Positions 47,685 through 57,124 of a stretch of DNA of 60,485 nucleotides are shown here, piece after piece (position 1 is the first letter of the stretch; each line of letters starts with the position of its first letter). The stretch is from the IMG/VR virus record IMGVR_UViG_2671181056_000013, positions 1 to 60,485 of that record; one strand, written 5' to 3'. This DNA comes from a virus. Taxonomy: Duplodnaviria > Heunggongvirae > Uroviricota > Caudoviricetes. The translations under genes and the position numbers were made by a program. The notes under the pieces are model-generated. The model made no database searches and was not told where the DNA came from. It saw only the letters and a program-made list of their open reading frames with translations.

Positions 47685-50600
47685 ATGTGGTACAGGGAAG
47701 GTACTATCACATTTACACAAGGCAGCAATACTCTGGTTGGTGCTGGGACAGCATGGAACGTTACGGCCAATGGTGTGTTGCCTGGCATGATTGTCGTCGC
47801 ACCTGATAATAAATTGTATGAAATTAAAAGCGTAACAAATGACACAACCTTAACGTTGGTTGAAAACTATACTGGTGAAACGCAAAGTGATATACCATGT
47901 AGGATCATCACTACCTACGAAGGAGATTTGACACAGTTTAGTGCGAGATTTACGGCTCTTTTATCACGAATGTCTGGTGATGCAAAAACAGTTCGAAATT
48001 GGTTAACTGCCGTAGATGAAGTTACTCTTGAGCGAGAAGATGGCACTAATGTTAATGTAAAACCTCTTTCTAAGATTATCGCGGAGCATAATAAGCACGT
48101 AGAATGGTATGAAAATAATACTAACGCAATTAATTCCGCAGGAGATAAAGCAAAACAGGCTGCGGCCAGTGCGTCGGCTGCGGCGAAGAGTGCGAATCTA
48201 GCAAGCAGTAAGGCTACTCAGGCATCTAATAGTGCGTTGGATGCTACAGCGTCTAAAAATGCAGCAAATAAAAGTGCATCAAGTGCTAAAGCATCAGAAA
48301 CAAGTGCTTTAGAGGCGAAGAACGCAGCTGCAATTTCTGCATCAACAGCTTCCACTAAGGCAACAGAAGCCACAAGTTCGGCTAATGCTGCGTTGGTCTC
48401 TAAAGAGGCTGCAAAATTATCTGAAATGAATGCTGCTTCTGGTGCTGGCAGTGCATCAACTTCTGCAAATCAGGCTAGAGAGTCGGCAAGGTCTGCGAAG
48501 ACATCCGCTAATCAGGCTTCAACTTATGCGTCTGCTGCTAGAGCTTCGAAGGATGAAGCTAGCCGAAAGTCTGCTGAAGCCTCAACTAGTGCTAGTAACG
48601 CATCATCGAAATCAGCTGAATCTGCGGCTAAAGCAGAAGAAGCAAAGCAAAGCCAAACATCAGCACTTGCATCGGCAGAGCGTGCAGAGATAGCTGCTAC
48701 TAGAGCAGAAAGAGCTTTGTCAGCGATATCATTACATGATGCCAGTTTGACTATGAAGGGTATTGTCAAATTAAGCAGTGAGACGAGCAGTTCGTCAGAA
48801 GAATTTGCAGCAACACCAAAAGCAGTAAAGGCTGCGTTTGATCTTGCTAAATCAAAATATACTGCAAATGACGCGACAACTTCACAAAAAGGGCTGGTTC
48901 AATTAAGTAGCGATACAAATAACGCCTCTGAATCATTGGCCGCAACAACAAAAGCGGTTAAAAGTGTAAAGGATCTTGCTGATAGAAAAGCAGCAATCAA
49001 CAGCCCAGCATTTACTGGCACACCAACGGCACCAACGGCGACTCAAGGCACTAATAATACGCAAATTGCCACAACTGCTTATGTAAGAGAAGCGATCTCA
49101 GGTCTTGTAGGATCATCACCTGAAGCGCTTGATACTCTTAATGAGTTGGCAAGGGCTTTGGGTGATGATCCCGATTTTGCCACAACAATGACGAACAAGT
49201 TGGCCACAAAACAACCTCTTGATGCTACGCTGACTGCACTGGCTGGACTAACAACAGCCGCTAATAAACTTCCTTATTTTACAGGGAATGATACAGCTGG
49301 ATTAGCAACAATAACTTCTGTTGGTCGAGATATTCTTTCTAAAGCAAGTGTACAGGCGATTATTCAGTATCTTGGATTGAAGGAAAATGGAACAAGTGGC
49401 GATAAAATACCTTTATTGAGTACAGCCAATACATGGAGTGCAAAGCAAACATTTAGTAATGGTCTTGCAGGCTCACTTAACGGAAATTCCGATACCGCAA
49501 CAAAATTAAAAGCAGCACGAAAAATTGGCGGAGTACCGTTTGATGGTTCATCAGATATAAATCTACCAGGTGTAAACTCAACAGGAACTCAGAGTACTAG
49601 TGGAAACGCTGCCTCTGCCACTAAGTTAGCAACACCTCGTTCAATTGGTGGAATGTTATTTGACGGCACTGCAAATATTGACTTACCAGGCGTTAACAAG
49701 GTTGGAAATCAGAGTACAACAGGTAATGCAGGGAGCGCAACGAGACTGCAAACGGCAAGAACAATAGGTGGGGTATCGTTTAATGGCACTGCAAATATTG
49801 ACTTACCTGGTGTCAATAAAGCTGGAAATCAGAACACGTCAGGTAATGCTGCAACGGCGACAAAACTTGCAACGGCACGAAAAATAAATGGGGTCAGTTT
49901 TGATGGCTCAAAGAATATAAGCATCACGCCAAAACAACTAGGTGCAGCAAAATATGTTGCTAATCTTGCTACGGGGAATACTCAAGAGTGGACAACTGCA
50001 CAATTTGTCGCATGGTTAAATTCACAAGGGGCATTTGATGCAACTCAGTGGAGCACACGTTGTAGCTGGTCTTATGGTAGTAACTGTTATATAGGAAATG
50101 CATCAACGGGATGTGGAGTTATACCTCTTGCTGGTTCTGTTATTGAGGTGTTTTCAACCGGTACAAGTAATTACACTATACGCATTACAACACCTTCAAC
50201 ATCTGGAGGTGCATCTGGTGCTGTTCTTAATAGTGAGTTTATTTATACATACAACGGCGATAACTATAGCCCAACATGGCGTCGTAATTACAGTTCTCAA
50301 AATAAACCAACGGCTTCAGAGATAGGCGCCCTTGCCTCAAATGGAAATGCAGTTTCGGCTACGAAACTGAAAACAGCGAGAAATATAGGGGGGGTATCGT
50401 TTGATGGTACAGCGAATATAGATTTACCAGGCGTTAACAAAGCTGGAAATCAGAACACATCAGGTAATGCTGCAACAGCTACTAAATTAAAAACATCAAG
50501 AACAATAGGTGGAGTATCATTTGATGGTAGCGCAAACATTAATCTTCCAGGTGTGAATACGTCAGGAAATCAGAATACATCTGGTAACGCAGCATCAGCA

Positions 50601-51056
50601 ACTAAGCTACAAACAGCACGTACTATAAATGGAGTAAGTTTCGACGGAACAAAAAATATTAGTATAAGTGCCGCTCAAATTGGTGCTTTGCCTATCGGTG
50701 GGGGTACGATAACAGGTAATTTGACTGTAAATGGAAATGGCTCATTTAATGATGTTCAGATCCGCTCAGATAAGCGTAACAAGCGTAATCTGGTAAAGCT
50801 AGATAATGCGTTAGATCGTTTGGAGGCACTTACTGGTTATCTTTATGAAATCCAACTCTCTGATGATAGTTGGAAAACGTCAGTTGGTTTAATTGCTCAG
50901 GATGCACAAAAAGCATTGTCTGAACTGGTAACTGAAGACACAGACGTTATATCTGGTGAAAAACGTCTGTGTCTTAACTACAACGGCATAATTGCATTGT
51001 TAGTCGAGGGCTTTAAAACACTTCGTCATGAGATTAAAGAACTTCGGGAGAAGTAA
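47685..51056 (+). CDS. tail fibre with internal repeats and a C-terminal intramolecular chaperone domain
   Basis: Repeated GVSFDG..NI.LPGVN..GNQNTSGNAA.ATKL units, and a C-terminus resembling auto-cleaving chaperone domains of L-shaped fibres and endosialidases. Confidence 0.8.
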   Translation: MWYREGTITFTQGSNTLVGAGTAWNVTANGVLPGMIVVAPDNKLYEIKSVTNDTTLTLVENYTGETQSDIPCRIITTYEGDLTQFSARFTALLSRMSGDAKTVRNWLTAVDEVTLEREDGTNVNVKPLSKIIAEHNKHVEWYENNTNAINSAGDKAKQAAASASAAAKSANLASSKATQASNSALDATASKNAANKSASSAKASETSALEAKNAAAISASTASTKATEATSSANAALVSKEAAKLSEMNAASGAGSASTSANQARESARSAKTSANQASTYASAARASKDEASRKSAEASTSASNASSKSAESAAKAEEAKQSQTSALASAERAEIAATRAERALSAISLHDASLTMKGIVKLSSETSSSSEEFAATPKAVKAAFDLAKSKYTANDATTSQKGLVQLSSDTNNASESLAATTKAVKSVKDLADRKAAINSPAFTGTPTAPTATQGTNNTQIATTAYVREAISGLVGSSPEALDTLNELARALGDDPDFATTMTNKLATKQPLDATLTALAGLTTAANKLPYFTGNDTAGLATITSVGRDILSKASVQAIIQYLGLKENGTSGDKIPLLSTANTWSAKQTFSNGLAGSLNGNSDTATKLKAARKIGGVPFDGSSDINLPGVNSTGTQSTSGNAASATKLATPRSIGGMLFDGTANIDLPGVNKVGNQSTTGNAGSATRLQTARTIGGVSFNGTANIDLPGVNKAGNQNTSGNAATATKLATARKINGVSFDGSKNISITPKQLGAAKYVANLATGNTQEWTTAQFVAWLNSQGAFDATQWSTRCSWSYGSNCYIGNASTGCGVIPLAGSVIEVFSTGTSNYTIRITTPSTSGGASGAVLNSEFIYTYNGDNYSPTWRRNYSSQNKPTASEIGALASNGNAVSATKLKTARNIGGVSFDGTANIDLPGVNKAGNQNTSGNAATATKLKTSRTIGGVSFDGSANINLPGVNTSGNQNTSGNAASATKLQTARTINGVSFDGTKNISISAAQIGALPIGGGTITGNLTVNGNGSFNDVQIRSDKRNKRNLVKLDNALDRLEALTGYLYEIQLSDDSWKTSVGLIAQDAQKALSELVTEDTDVISGEKRLCLNYNGIIALLVEGFKTLRHEIKELREK

Positions 51057-51141
51057 ACGACAGCTGTTGGAGTTTCTGGTTTCTACTGAATTTAAATTGT
51101 GGGGGTGATACTCACCCCACGCATTCAAAAGGAGGGGTAAA

Positions 51142-51654
51142 ATGGGGGTAGCGTCGGGATGGGTCGGTTCTTCGGCTAAGAGCGAAACGGGCGAACAATG
51201 GATGAGCGCTGCGGGTACTAAGTTAGGATTGGGTAAACCTTTTATGATGAGTCAAATGGTGGGACGATCTATGGGCTGTAAAATTGCAACCGCTTACTAT
51301 AAAGGGAATCCTCCTGATAAAGTCGAAAACTGGGGGGCTGTAGGTTCAGATTGGCCATTGGCTGAAAAGAACCAAGGTACAATTGCTGGTGCTTCGAGCT
51401 GTGGTTTAGGTCGTTTAGTGGGGATCGTGCTTACGCAAGCTCACTACGTTCCTGGTTTACCGCCCACTGGGGGTTTATACATCGCAGGGGGAAGGGCAAG
51501 CAATATTACAGTAACAGTTGGTGGAGTCTCACAAGTTTTTACTTACAATAGTGTTATTAACGGTTTTCACTATTACTGGCAAGGAACACCTAGTTCGGCC
51601 TTTATAACGGCAATGAAAAGGACGGGGGTTACACAAGATTTGAAAATTAGTTAA
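51142..51654 (+). CDS. hypothetical Gly-rich protein downstream of the tail fibre (170 aa)
   Basis: ORF with GGAGGGG RBS; function unknown. Confidence 0.5.
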   Translation: MGVASGWVGSSAKSETGEQWMSAAGTKLGLGKPFMMSQMVGRSMGCKIATAYYKGNPPDKVENWGAVGSDWPLAEKNQGTIAGASSCGLGRLVGIVLTQAHYVPGLPPTGGLYIAGGRASNITVTVGGVSQVFTYNSVINGFHYYWQGTPSSAFITAMKRTGVTQDLKIS

Positions 51655-51751
51655 AATATAAAAGGTTATATATTATTTAAATTTCAGTTGATATTTAAAT
51701 TACATAAAATTATGTAAGGGGATATTAAAATAGATTGCTCATGGAGGAAGC

Positions 51752-52075
51752 ATGGCTAATGACGTAGGAGGCGTCACTCATGATCAGGTTGAGAGAATAG
51801 CTAAAATTGTCGCCAGAGAAGTTGTTGGTAAATTAGGAAAAGAAATCAGAGAGGAGATAGTTCATGAGGTTCATGAGCAGTTGAAAAACTATTTTGGTGA
51901 CATGACTCCGGCTCAACACAGTATTCAACATTCCAATCTGGATAAACTACTTAATAGGTTAGATTCGATCTCAAGCGGCTTCTTTGGAGGCATTATTTCT
52001 AAAGTGACGTCGTTTATTATAACCGCACTAATTTTAGGATTAGCCGCATATGGCGTAAAAAATGGACTGCAATAA
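51752..52075 (+). CDS. putative holin-like membrane protein
   Basis: 107 aa with a C-terminal hydrophobic helix; first gene of the lysis cluster, AT-rich upstream region. Confidence 0.45.
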   Translation: MANDVGGVTHDQVERIAKIVAREVVGKLGKEIREEIVHEVHEQLKNYFGDMTPAQHSIQHSNLDKLLNRLDSISSGFFGGIISKVTSFIITALILGLAAYGVKNGLQ

Positions 52076-52088
52076 CAGGAGAACAAGG

Positions 52089-52781
52089 ATGAAGACTCCG
52101 AGAGGCATTCGTAATAATAACCCCGGTAATCTTGATAAAGGATCACCGTGGCAAGGTCTGGTTGCGAATCCAGACGAACCTCGCTTTTGCACGTTTAAAG
52201 ACCCTGTTTGGGGTATTCGTGCTCTGGCAGTGACTCTAATTACCTACCACGATAAACGTCGCGCCAAAGACGGCTCAAGTATTGATACCATTCGCGAAGT
52301 TATTGAACGTTGGGCACCGCCGAATGAAAACAACACTGACACCTACATTAATGAGGTGTCTAAAGCTGTTGGTGTAACCGCAGACATGATCATCGATCTG
52401 CATGATTACGACATCCTTCGACCTTTGGTTGAGGCAATCATTCGCCATGAGAATGGGCGAGGTCCGCTAAAAACGCTGAACACCTGGTATGCGGCAGAAG
52501 TTATTGAGGAAGGTCTGCGTCGAGCTGGAGTCGTTAAGCCGGTGAAAACCGTGAAGGCTGTTCCTGTAACTAAAGAAACAGCAGGCGCAACTGTTACAGC
52601 AGGTATTGGTCTGGCGCAGCTGGCCGATGTTATGCCGCAGGTTTCCGCTGCTATGGATAAAGCACAAGGTCATATCTCTAGTGGGGATACAGTACGCATC
52701 ATCTTCGGTATTGCCACTATTGTTGTGGCAGGATTCATTGCCTGGTCGCAGGTAAGAAAACACCAGAAAGGGATGGCCTAA
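52089..52781 (+). CDS. putative endolysin-position protein with C-terminal transmembrane segment
   Basis: Sits between the holin-like and spanin genes; hydrophobic segment IIFGIATIVVAGFIAW near the C-terminus. No catalytic family recognised by eye. Confidence 0.4.
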   Translation: MKTPRGIRNNNPGNLDKGSPWQGLVANPDEPRFCTFKDPVWGIRALAVTLITYHDKRRAKDGSSIDTIREVIERWAPPNENNTDTYINEVSKAVGVTADMIIDLHDYDILRPLVEAIIRHENGRGPLKTLNTWYAAEVIEEGLRRAGVVKPVKTVKAVPVTKETAGATVTAGIGLAQLADVMPQVSAAMDKAQGHISSGDTVRIIFGIATIVVAGFIAWSQVRKHQKGMA

Positions 52782-52782
52782 T

Positions 52783-53034
52783 ATGCTAGGTAGCCTGATG
52801 ATAAAGCTAAAAGTTGCTTTGATTACTCTGGCTGCCGTTCTTTTCGTTCTGGTCGGCGCTTACACGATGGGCGGAAATGCGGCGCGACGAGCAATGGAAG
52901 AGAAGGCAAAACAGGAAGACAGGAAACGACTTCAAAGCACAGTGGATGTCAAAAATGAAACACTTGATGAGTTACGGCGCAAAGATGCTTCTACTGTTCA
53001 TCATGAGTTGCACAATAAGTGGTTGCGTGATTAA
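52783..53034 (+). CDS. i-spanin (Rz-like)
   Basis: N-terminal transmembrane helix followed by a charged coiled-coil-like region. Confidence 0.6.
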   Translation: MLGSLMIKLKVALITLAAVLFVLVGAYTMGGNAARRAMEEKAKQEDRKRLQSTVDVKNETLDELRRKDASTVHHELHNKWLRD

Positions 53035-53185
53035 GCCTCAATCCTCTGGTGTGCTTTTCTGCGATGCGGCTACACCGCTATACATCAGCCGTGATGATCT
53101 CATGACCGAAGAGACTGAAAGGGAAGTACTTTTTCACAATATGATAGGGGAGCGATTGTGTGGATGGGGCAGAAAAGTGCCATAA
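52955..53185 (+). CDS. o-spanin (Rz1-like lipoprotein), overlapping Rz in another frame
   Basis: Signal peptide with lipobox TISGC inside the +1 frame of the i-spanin gene; extends past the i-spanin stop. Confidence 0.6.
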   Translation: MKHLMSYGAKMLLLFIMSCTISGCVIKPQSSGVLFCDAATPLYISRDDLMTEETEREVLFHNMIGERLCGWGRKVP

Positions 53186-53359
53186 TAAAAGCGGAATTTT
53201 CTAACATAAAATTTGCATATTATTAGAGCACAAGGTAGATTTGAAGCATGGATGTCAAGTAAATCATACCTTGTTTTAATAAATCGACGCATACTCGTAG
53301 CCTCTAAACCGACAAGGTCGCCGCTATGACATAAAGTTATTACCGGCTAAGGTGGAAAC

Positions 53360-53758
53360 ATGCATACTGCGCTTAACGCATCTCGTTCTATTCAGACGAT
53401 AAGAGACTGTACCAAGATGATCGCATCGGTTCCGTTGCGGCATTGGAATGACTCGCTCCAAATTCGTGAAATGAACAAACCGGGTATGCTTAAGGATCAG
53501 CGTTTCATCGTTAACCTTAAAAGTGACGTTGAAGAAGGCAAGTTTACCATCAAATTGTTTGCAGAAATGATGGTGCTCAACAATCGGTTACGTTTTCTTG
53601 TTAAGCCAGAAAAACAGTTTCCCGATGTTGTGCGTTGTGAACAGGATGCTTTCTATGAGATTGAAAGCAAAATAGCTAAATTTATCAAAGATAAATACCG
53701 CGTAGATGTTAAAATAGCGAAACTGGATTCATCTACGGATATGCGGCTTGCTAACTAA
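53360..53758 (+). CDS. hypothetical protein (132 aa), first gene of a two-gene cassette
   Basis: AT-rich promoter-like region upstream; GGTGGAAA RBS; stop abuts the next start. Confidence 0.55.
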   Translation: MHTALNASRSIQTIRDCTKMIASVPLRHWNDSLQIREMNKPGMLKDQRFIVNLKSDVEEGKFTIKLFAEMMVLNNRLRFLVKPEKQFPDVVRCEQDAFYEIESKIAKFIKDKYRVDVKIAKLDSSTDMRLAN

Positions 53759-54535
53759 ATGTCACCATCATTCATAGCAGAGTATTCAAAAGTACTGTCT
53801 GATTTCCCTGAATGTGAAGCAAGAGAGAAAATCAGAGTTGGCTACATGGTTAACTCTGATTTTTCTGTTTTACGGCTCACAGAGTGGTCCTTGATCGGGT
53901 CTAATTATGATTACTGTTTGACAGTGTCATTTGTAGGCGACCCTGATGCAGATTGGCTTCAAGAACATGCAATGGATCTTGACGAGCAGGGGCATTCAGA
54001 AGAAGAGATAGTTCATAGTGTTCGTGAATTAGTTGGTGATGAGCAAGAAGATGATGACGGCATTCAGATCGCCAGGTTCGTCTACAAACGATTCCAGTTT
54101 CGCTCACAAAAAGGCTCTCACCTTGGGGTCCAGATTAAAGGGGCATTTGTAACCCCTTCAAAGGAACAAAAGGGACTTGCTAGAAGAGTTTACAATTTTC
54201 TTCTCAATTGGCATGACCATGTAGTATGTGATGACCATCAGACGGTTTACGGTGCCAGAATTTGGGCTGTAGGTATGCTTTTGGTCGGTCGTGTCCAAAT
54301 CTATGACAATTTAAATAAAGAATTTATAGATGTCCTTGTTGAAGGTGGTATTGGGCAGAATGGCGTCAAACCGTGGGATGCGCTGCTATTGAACAGCGAG
54401 GCTCAGTTACGTCACTGGAACCCTATGGCTGTCAGCATAGACCCATCTAGTCAGATTCTCACCATCATCTCCAAAGAAGACCGCCACATTGAAGTGGGCG
54501 TTACAACATTTGATGCCAGGTCTACCAACCACTAA
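53759..54535 (+). CDS. hypothetical protein (258 aa), second gene of the cassette
   Basis: Start immediately follows the upstream stop; terminator 9 nt after its own stop. Confidence 0.6.
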   Translation: MSPSFIAEYSKVLSDFPECEAREKIRVGYMVNSDFSVLRLTEWSLIGSNYDYCLTVSFVGDPDADWLQEHAMDLDEQGHSEEEIVHSVRELVGDEQEDDDGIQIARFVYKRFQFRSQKGSHLGVQIKGAFVTPSKEQKGLARRVYNFLLNWHDHVVCDDHQTVYGARIWAVGMLLVGRVQIYDNLNKEFIDVLVEGGIGQNGVKPWDALLLNSEAQLRHWNPMAVSIDPSSQILTIISKEDRHIEVGVTTFDARSTNH

Positions 54536-54543
54536 TTCCTAAA

Positions 54544-54565
54544 CCCGCTACGGCGGGTTTTTTGT
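54544..54565 (+). terminator. intrinsic terminator (CCCGC-TACG-GCGGG plus T6)
   Basis: Hairpin plus TTTTTT. Confidence 0.7.
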
Positions 54566-54697
54566 TATTAAGTCCTTACCAAATCTATGTACCTATCATT
54601 AAACCTTTACACAGCAGCCGTAGGCATTTAGGCTATATCACATATAAGAAAACAAGTTGTTTCAGACAATAATAATAGACGCAAAGGAAACTCTCCA

Positions 54698-55366
54698 ATG
54701 ACCAAGATCTTTGTGGTTGGCGGCACAAAGGGCGGGCCTGGCAAATCCACCGTTGCCCAGCAAATTGCCGTTTGCCTGAAAGTCAAAAAGAAGAAGAAGG
54801 TTTATATTACCGATATAGATATTCAGCGCACGACAACGAGCTGGTGTGAAGACCGTCGACAGAACGAAGACCTTGAGCTGATTCCTTTTGCATACGTTCA
54901 GGATGACATCATTAAGCACCTAAAATCGCTTCAGGGTAGAGCTGAGTTTGTAGTGGTAGATGCTGGTGGCTTCGACTCCGAAATTCAGCGACAAGCGATG
55001 CTGATGGCTGACGTTATCATTATCCCGCTGCGTCCTAAGCGTCGTGATTTGAAATCTTTACGTGACATCGATCCTATTATCGACAATGTTCGCAATGTAA
55101 ACGATAAAGTGAAGGTCCGCGCGGTCATGAACCAGTGCCCGGCTTTGCCATCACAAGTGTCTCGCATTCTGGCGGCTAAAGAGATTGTTGAGACGTTTGG
55201 CATCGAGTCTGCGCCAGTCAATCTATATAACCGCAACGTCTATGATGATGCGGAAGAGTCTGGTCGTTCTATCTTTGAAATGACCGGTAGCGAGCGCGAC
55301 AAAAAGGCGGAAGCCGAGTTTGAAGAATTTGTAGATTATCTGTTGAGTCTGGAGGAAGAAGAATAA
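54698..55366 (+). CDS. ParA/MinD-family partition ATPase
   Basis: Deviant Walker A GGTKGGPGKST; 222 aa, typical small ParA size. Confidence 0.8.
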   Translation: MTKIFVVGGTKGGPGKSTVAQQIAVCLKVKKKKKVYITDIDIQRTTTSWCEDRRQNEDLELIPFAYVQDDIIKHLKSLQGRAEFVVVDAGGFDSEIQRQAMLMADVIIIPLRPKRRDLKSLRDIDPIIDNVRNVNDKVKVRAVMNQCPALPSQVSRILAAKEIVETFGIESAPVNLYNRNVYDDAEESGRSIFEMTGSERDKKAEAEFEEFVDYLLSLEEEE

Positions 55367-55725
55367 TGTCCATGAAAATGGGTGACCTAGCAAAGCGCAA
55401 AGAGTCTGATGCACCGGCTAAGAACACAACTCCTTTGCGCCAACCAGTCAGACCACAGGGACGCCCGACTCGTGGCAAAGAGAAAATTAAAAGCCGCACA
55501 ATGTCACTGGAGGACGAATACTTCGAACTGCTGGAGATGATGAAGTTCATCCCTCGCTTCGAGAAATTCACCCGCTCTGATGTGATTCGTGCTGCTATTT
55601 TCCATCTGGCAGAGAAGTCACCGCAGGAAATCGAGGACATCGTGAAGCTTAACGAGGCGATCACTGCTGCCGATGTCACGATGCGTACCGATGAAATTAA
55701 ACGCGAGTTAATGAAGAAAGGTTGA
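55366..55725 (+). CDS. putative partition partner protein (ParG/ParB-like adaptor)
   Basis: Overlapping start with parA-like (ATAATG); basic N-terminus. Call rests on position. Confidence 0.5.
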   Translation: MSMKMGDLAKRKESDAPAKNTTPLRQPVRPQGRPTRGKEKIKSRTMSLEDEYFELLEMMKFIPRFEKFTRSDVIRAAIFHLAEKSPQEIEDIVKLNEAITAADVTMRTDEIKRELMKKG

Positions 55726-55734
55726 TATAAATCT

Positions 55735-55764
55735 CTAAGGCTGGTCTGCATTGGACAGCCTTAG
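55735..55764. terminator. hairpin between convergent genes (CTAAGGCTG...CAGCCTTAG)
   Basis: 9-bp stem with 12-nt loop; the flanking A/T runs are weak. Confidence 0.45.
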
Positions 55765-55785
55765 AAATATTTCGTTCTATGAAAG

Positions 55786-56859
55786 CTATTCGTAGTTAAG
55801 CTCACCGAACAGACTGAACATCAAGTCACCATCCAAAATTTCAAAGGGCAACTCAACATACTCATCCTTATGTCTCGGAATTGCATTGCCGTCGTTAGGG
55901 GCATTCTTGGTATAACCTTTTACATGTTTACCGTTTTCTTTTGTATACGGCAGCACGACAATTCGACCGTGATTTTTTGAAATGATAGTTCCTTCTTTCC
56001 AGAGCGTATTGCCTCTTGAGGTGGTTTCGCTTTCGCTAGCAACTTTAACACTCCAACCTACCTGATTTTTGTCCTCAAACCAGAAAACAAAGTTGCCAAC
56101 AACCAGTACCTTTTGCCCATTCCTGAGAGCTTCATCCAGCATTCTTTTTACGCTGGCGAGTTGCAGTAACCGGTTAGCACGCGGCAGAAGCATTGAGCGA
56201 ATAGTCGCTTTTGTTTTTCCCCAATGTGCAGCACCTGATAAACCAAAACCTCTGGCTATGCGTTCTTGGTAGCAGATCTTCGCTGTCTTAGCTTTGTTGT
56301 TATATGAACATTCCCAAGTGTTAGGAGCAACGAGTTGAAGTGAAACTTGGAATTTGGGAAGAAAAACAAAATGTAAGTAAGGCATCTCGCTTAGCACGTC
56401 AAAAAGGGGTTGACGCAAAGTTTCGTAATCTGGGTTAATTATTAACTCATTTAATGTCACTCGCGGATCGTTGGCGTGTGCCTTAATTGCTTCGTTGAGC
56501 ATTATATACTCTTCATCCATGAGACGTGATTTGGCTTTGAGTGCTTTGTCAACTTTCAAACGCAATGACTTCTTTTGAAACATAGATAGAGGAAGTTTTT
56601 CAATGTCAAAGCTCACGTTTTTATTCAGCTCTAATGCCGCTTTTCTTGCTTCAGGATAGTTATCGTAGTCGTCATCAACAGCGTGGTTTGGCATACCACG
56701 ATCAACATATCGCCGATACCAAGCAAGGGTTCCATCATTACGGAGTTTCAGACAGAACATCGACCATTTATTCCGTTCATATTTAGGCTGAGGCCAAAAA
56801 GCCAGTTCGGGAAGGCCATATCCTGGAAGTCTATTCATGCGCATGGTGACAATATCCAC
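55786..56859 (-). CDS. hypothetical protein (357 aa), lone minus-strand gene in a plus-strand region
   Basis: Long ORF with its own upstream region containing palindrome copy 2. Confidence 0.65.
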   Translation of the reverse strand: MDIVTMRMNRLPGYGLPELAFWPQPKYERNKWSMFCLKLRNDGTLAWYRRYVDRGMPNHAVDDDYDNYPEARKAALELNKNVSFDIEKLPLSMFQKKSLRLKVDKALKAKSRLMDEEYIMLNEAIKAHANDPRVTLNELIINPDYETLRQPLFDVLSEMPYLHFVFLPKFQVSLQLVAPNTWECSYNNKAKTAKICYQERIARGFGLSGAAHWGKTKATIRSMLLPRANRLLQLASVKRMLDEALRNGQKVLVVGNFVFWFEDKNQVGWSVKVASESETTSRGNTLWKEGTIISKNHGRIVVLPYTKENGKHVKGYTKNAPNDGNAIPRHKDEYVELPFEILDGDLMFSLFGELNYE

Positions 56860-56964
56860 GAGGCTAAAACACTAATTCTAACATGATCTCCCTTGATAAA
56901 TCTGTCAATGACATAGCATCTGGAGTTGGAGTCAAATTATGTTGTTCTTGGTATCCATTAGGAG

Positions 56965-57017
56965 CCTGTTTCTGTATATAAATAATAAGTAACTTATTAA
57001 ATATATACGGAAGCAGG
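56965..57017. repeat. 55-bp imperfect palindrome, copy 2 (two substitutions relative to copy 1)
   Basis: CCTGTTTCTGTATATAT...ATATATACGGAAGCAGG; both substitutions keep pairing as G-U in plus-strand RNA. Confidence 0.7.
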
Positions 57018-57124
57018 TCTTTTAAAAGACACCACCAGAACAACTCCCTTCCGTTTTCACTTCCAAAAACTGACACCAGTCGCTATCATCCGTCCATTGT
57101 GATAAGTAAGTAACTACCTACCAG

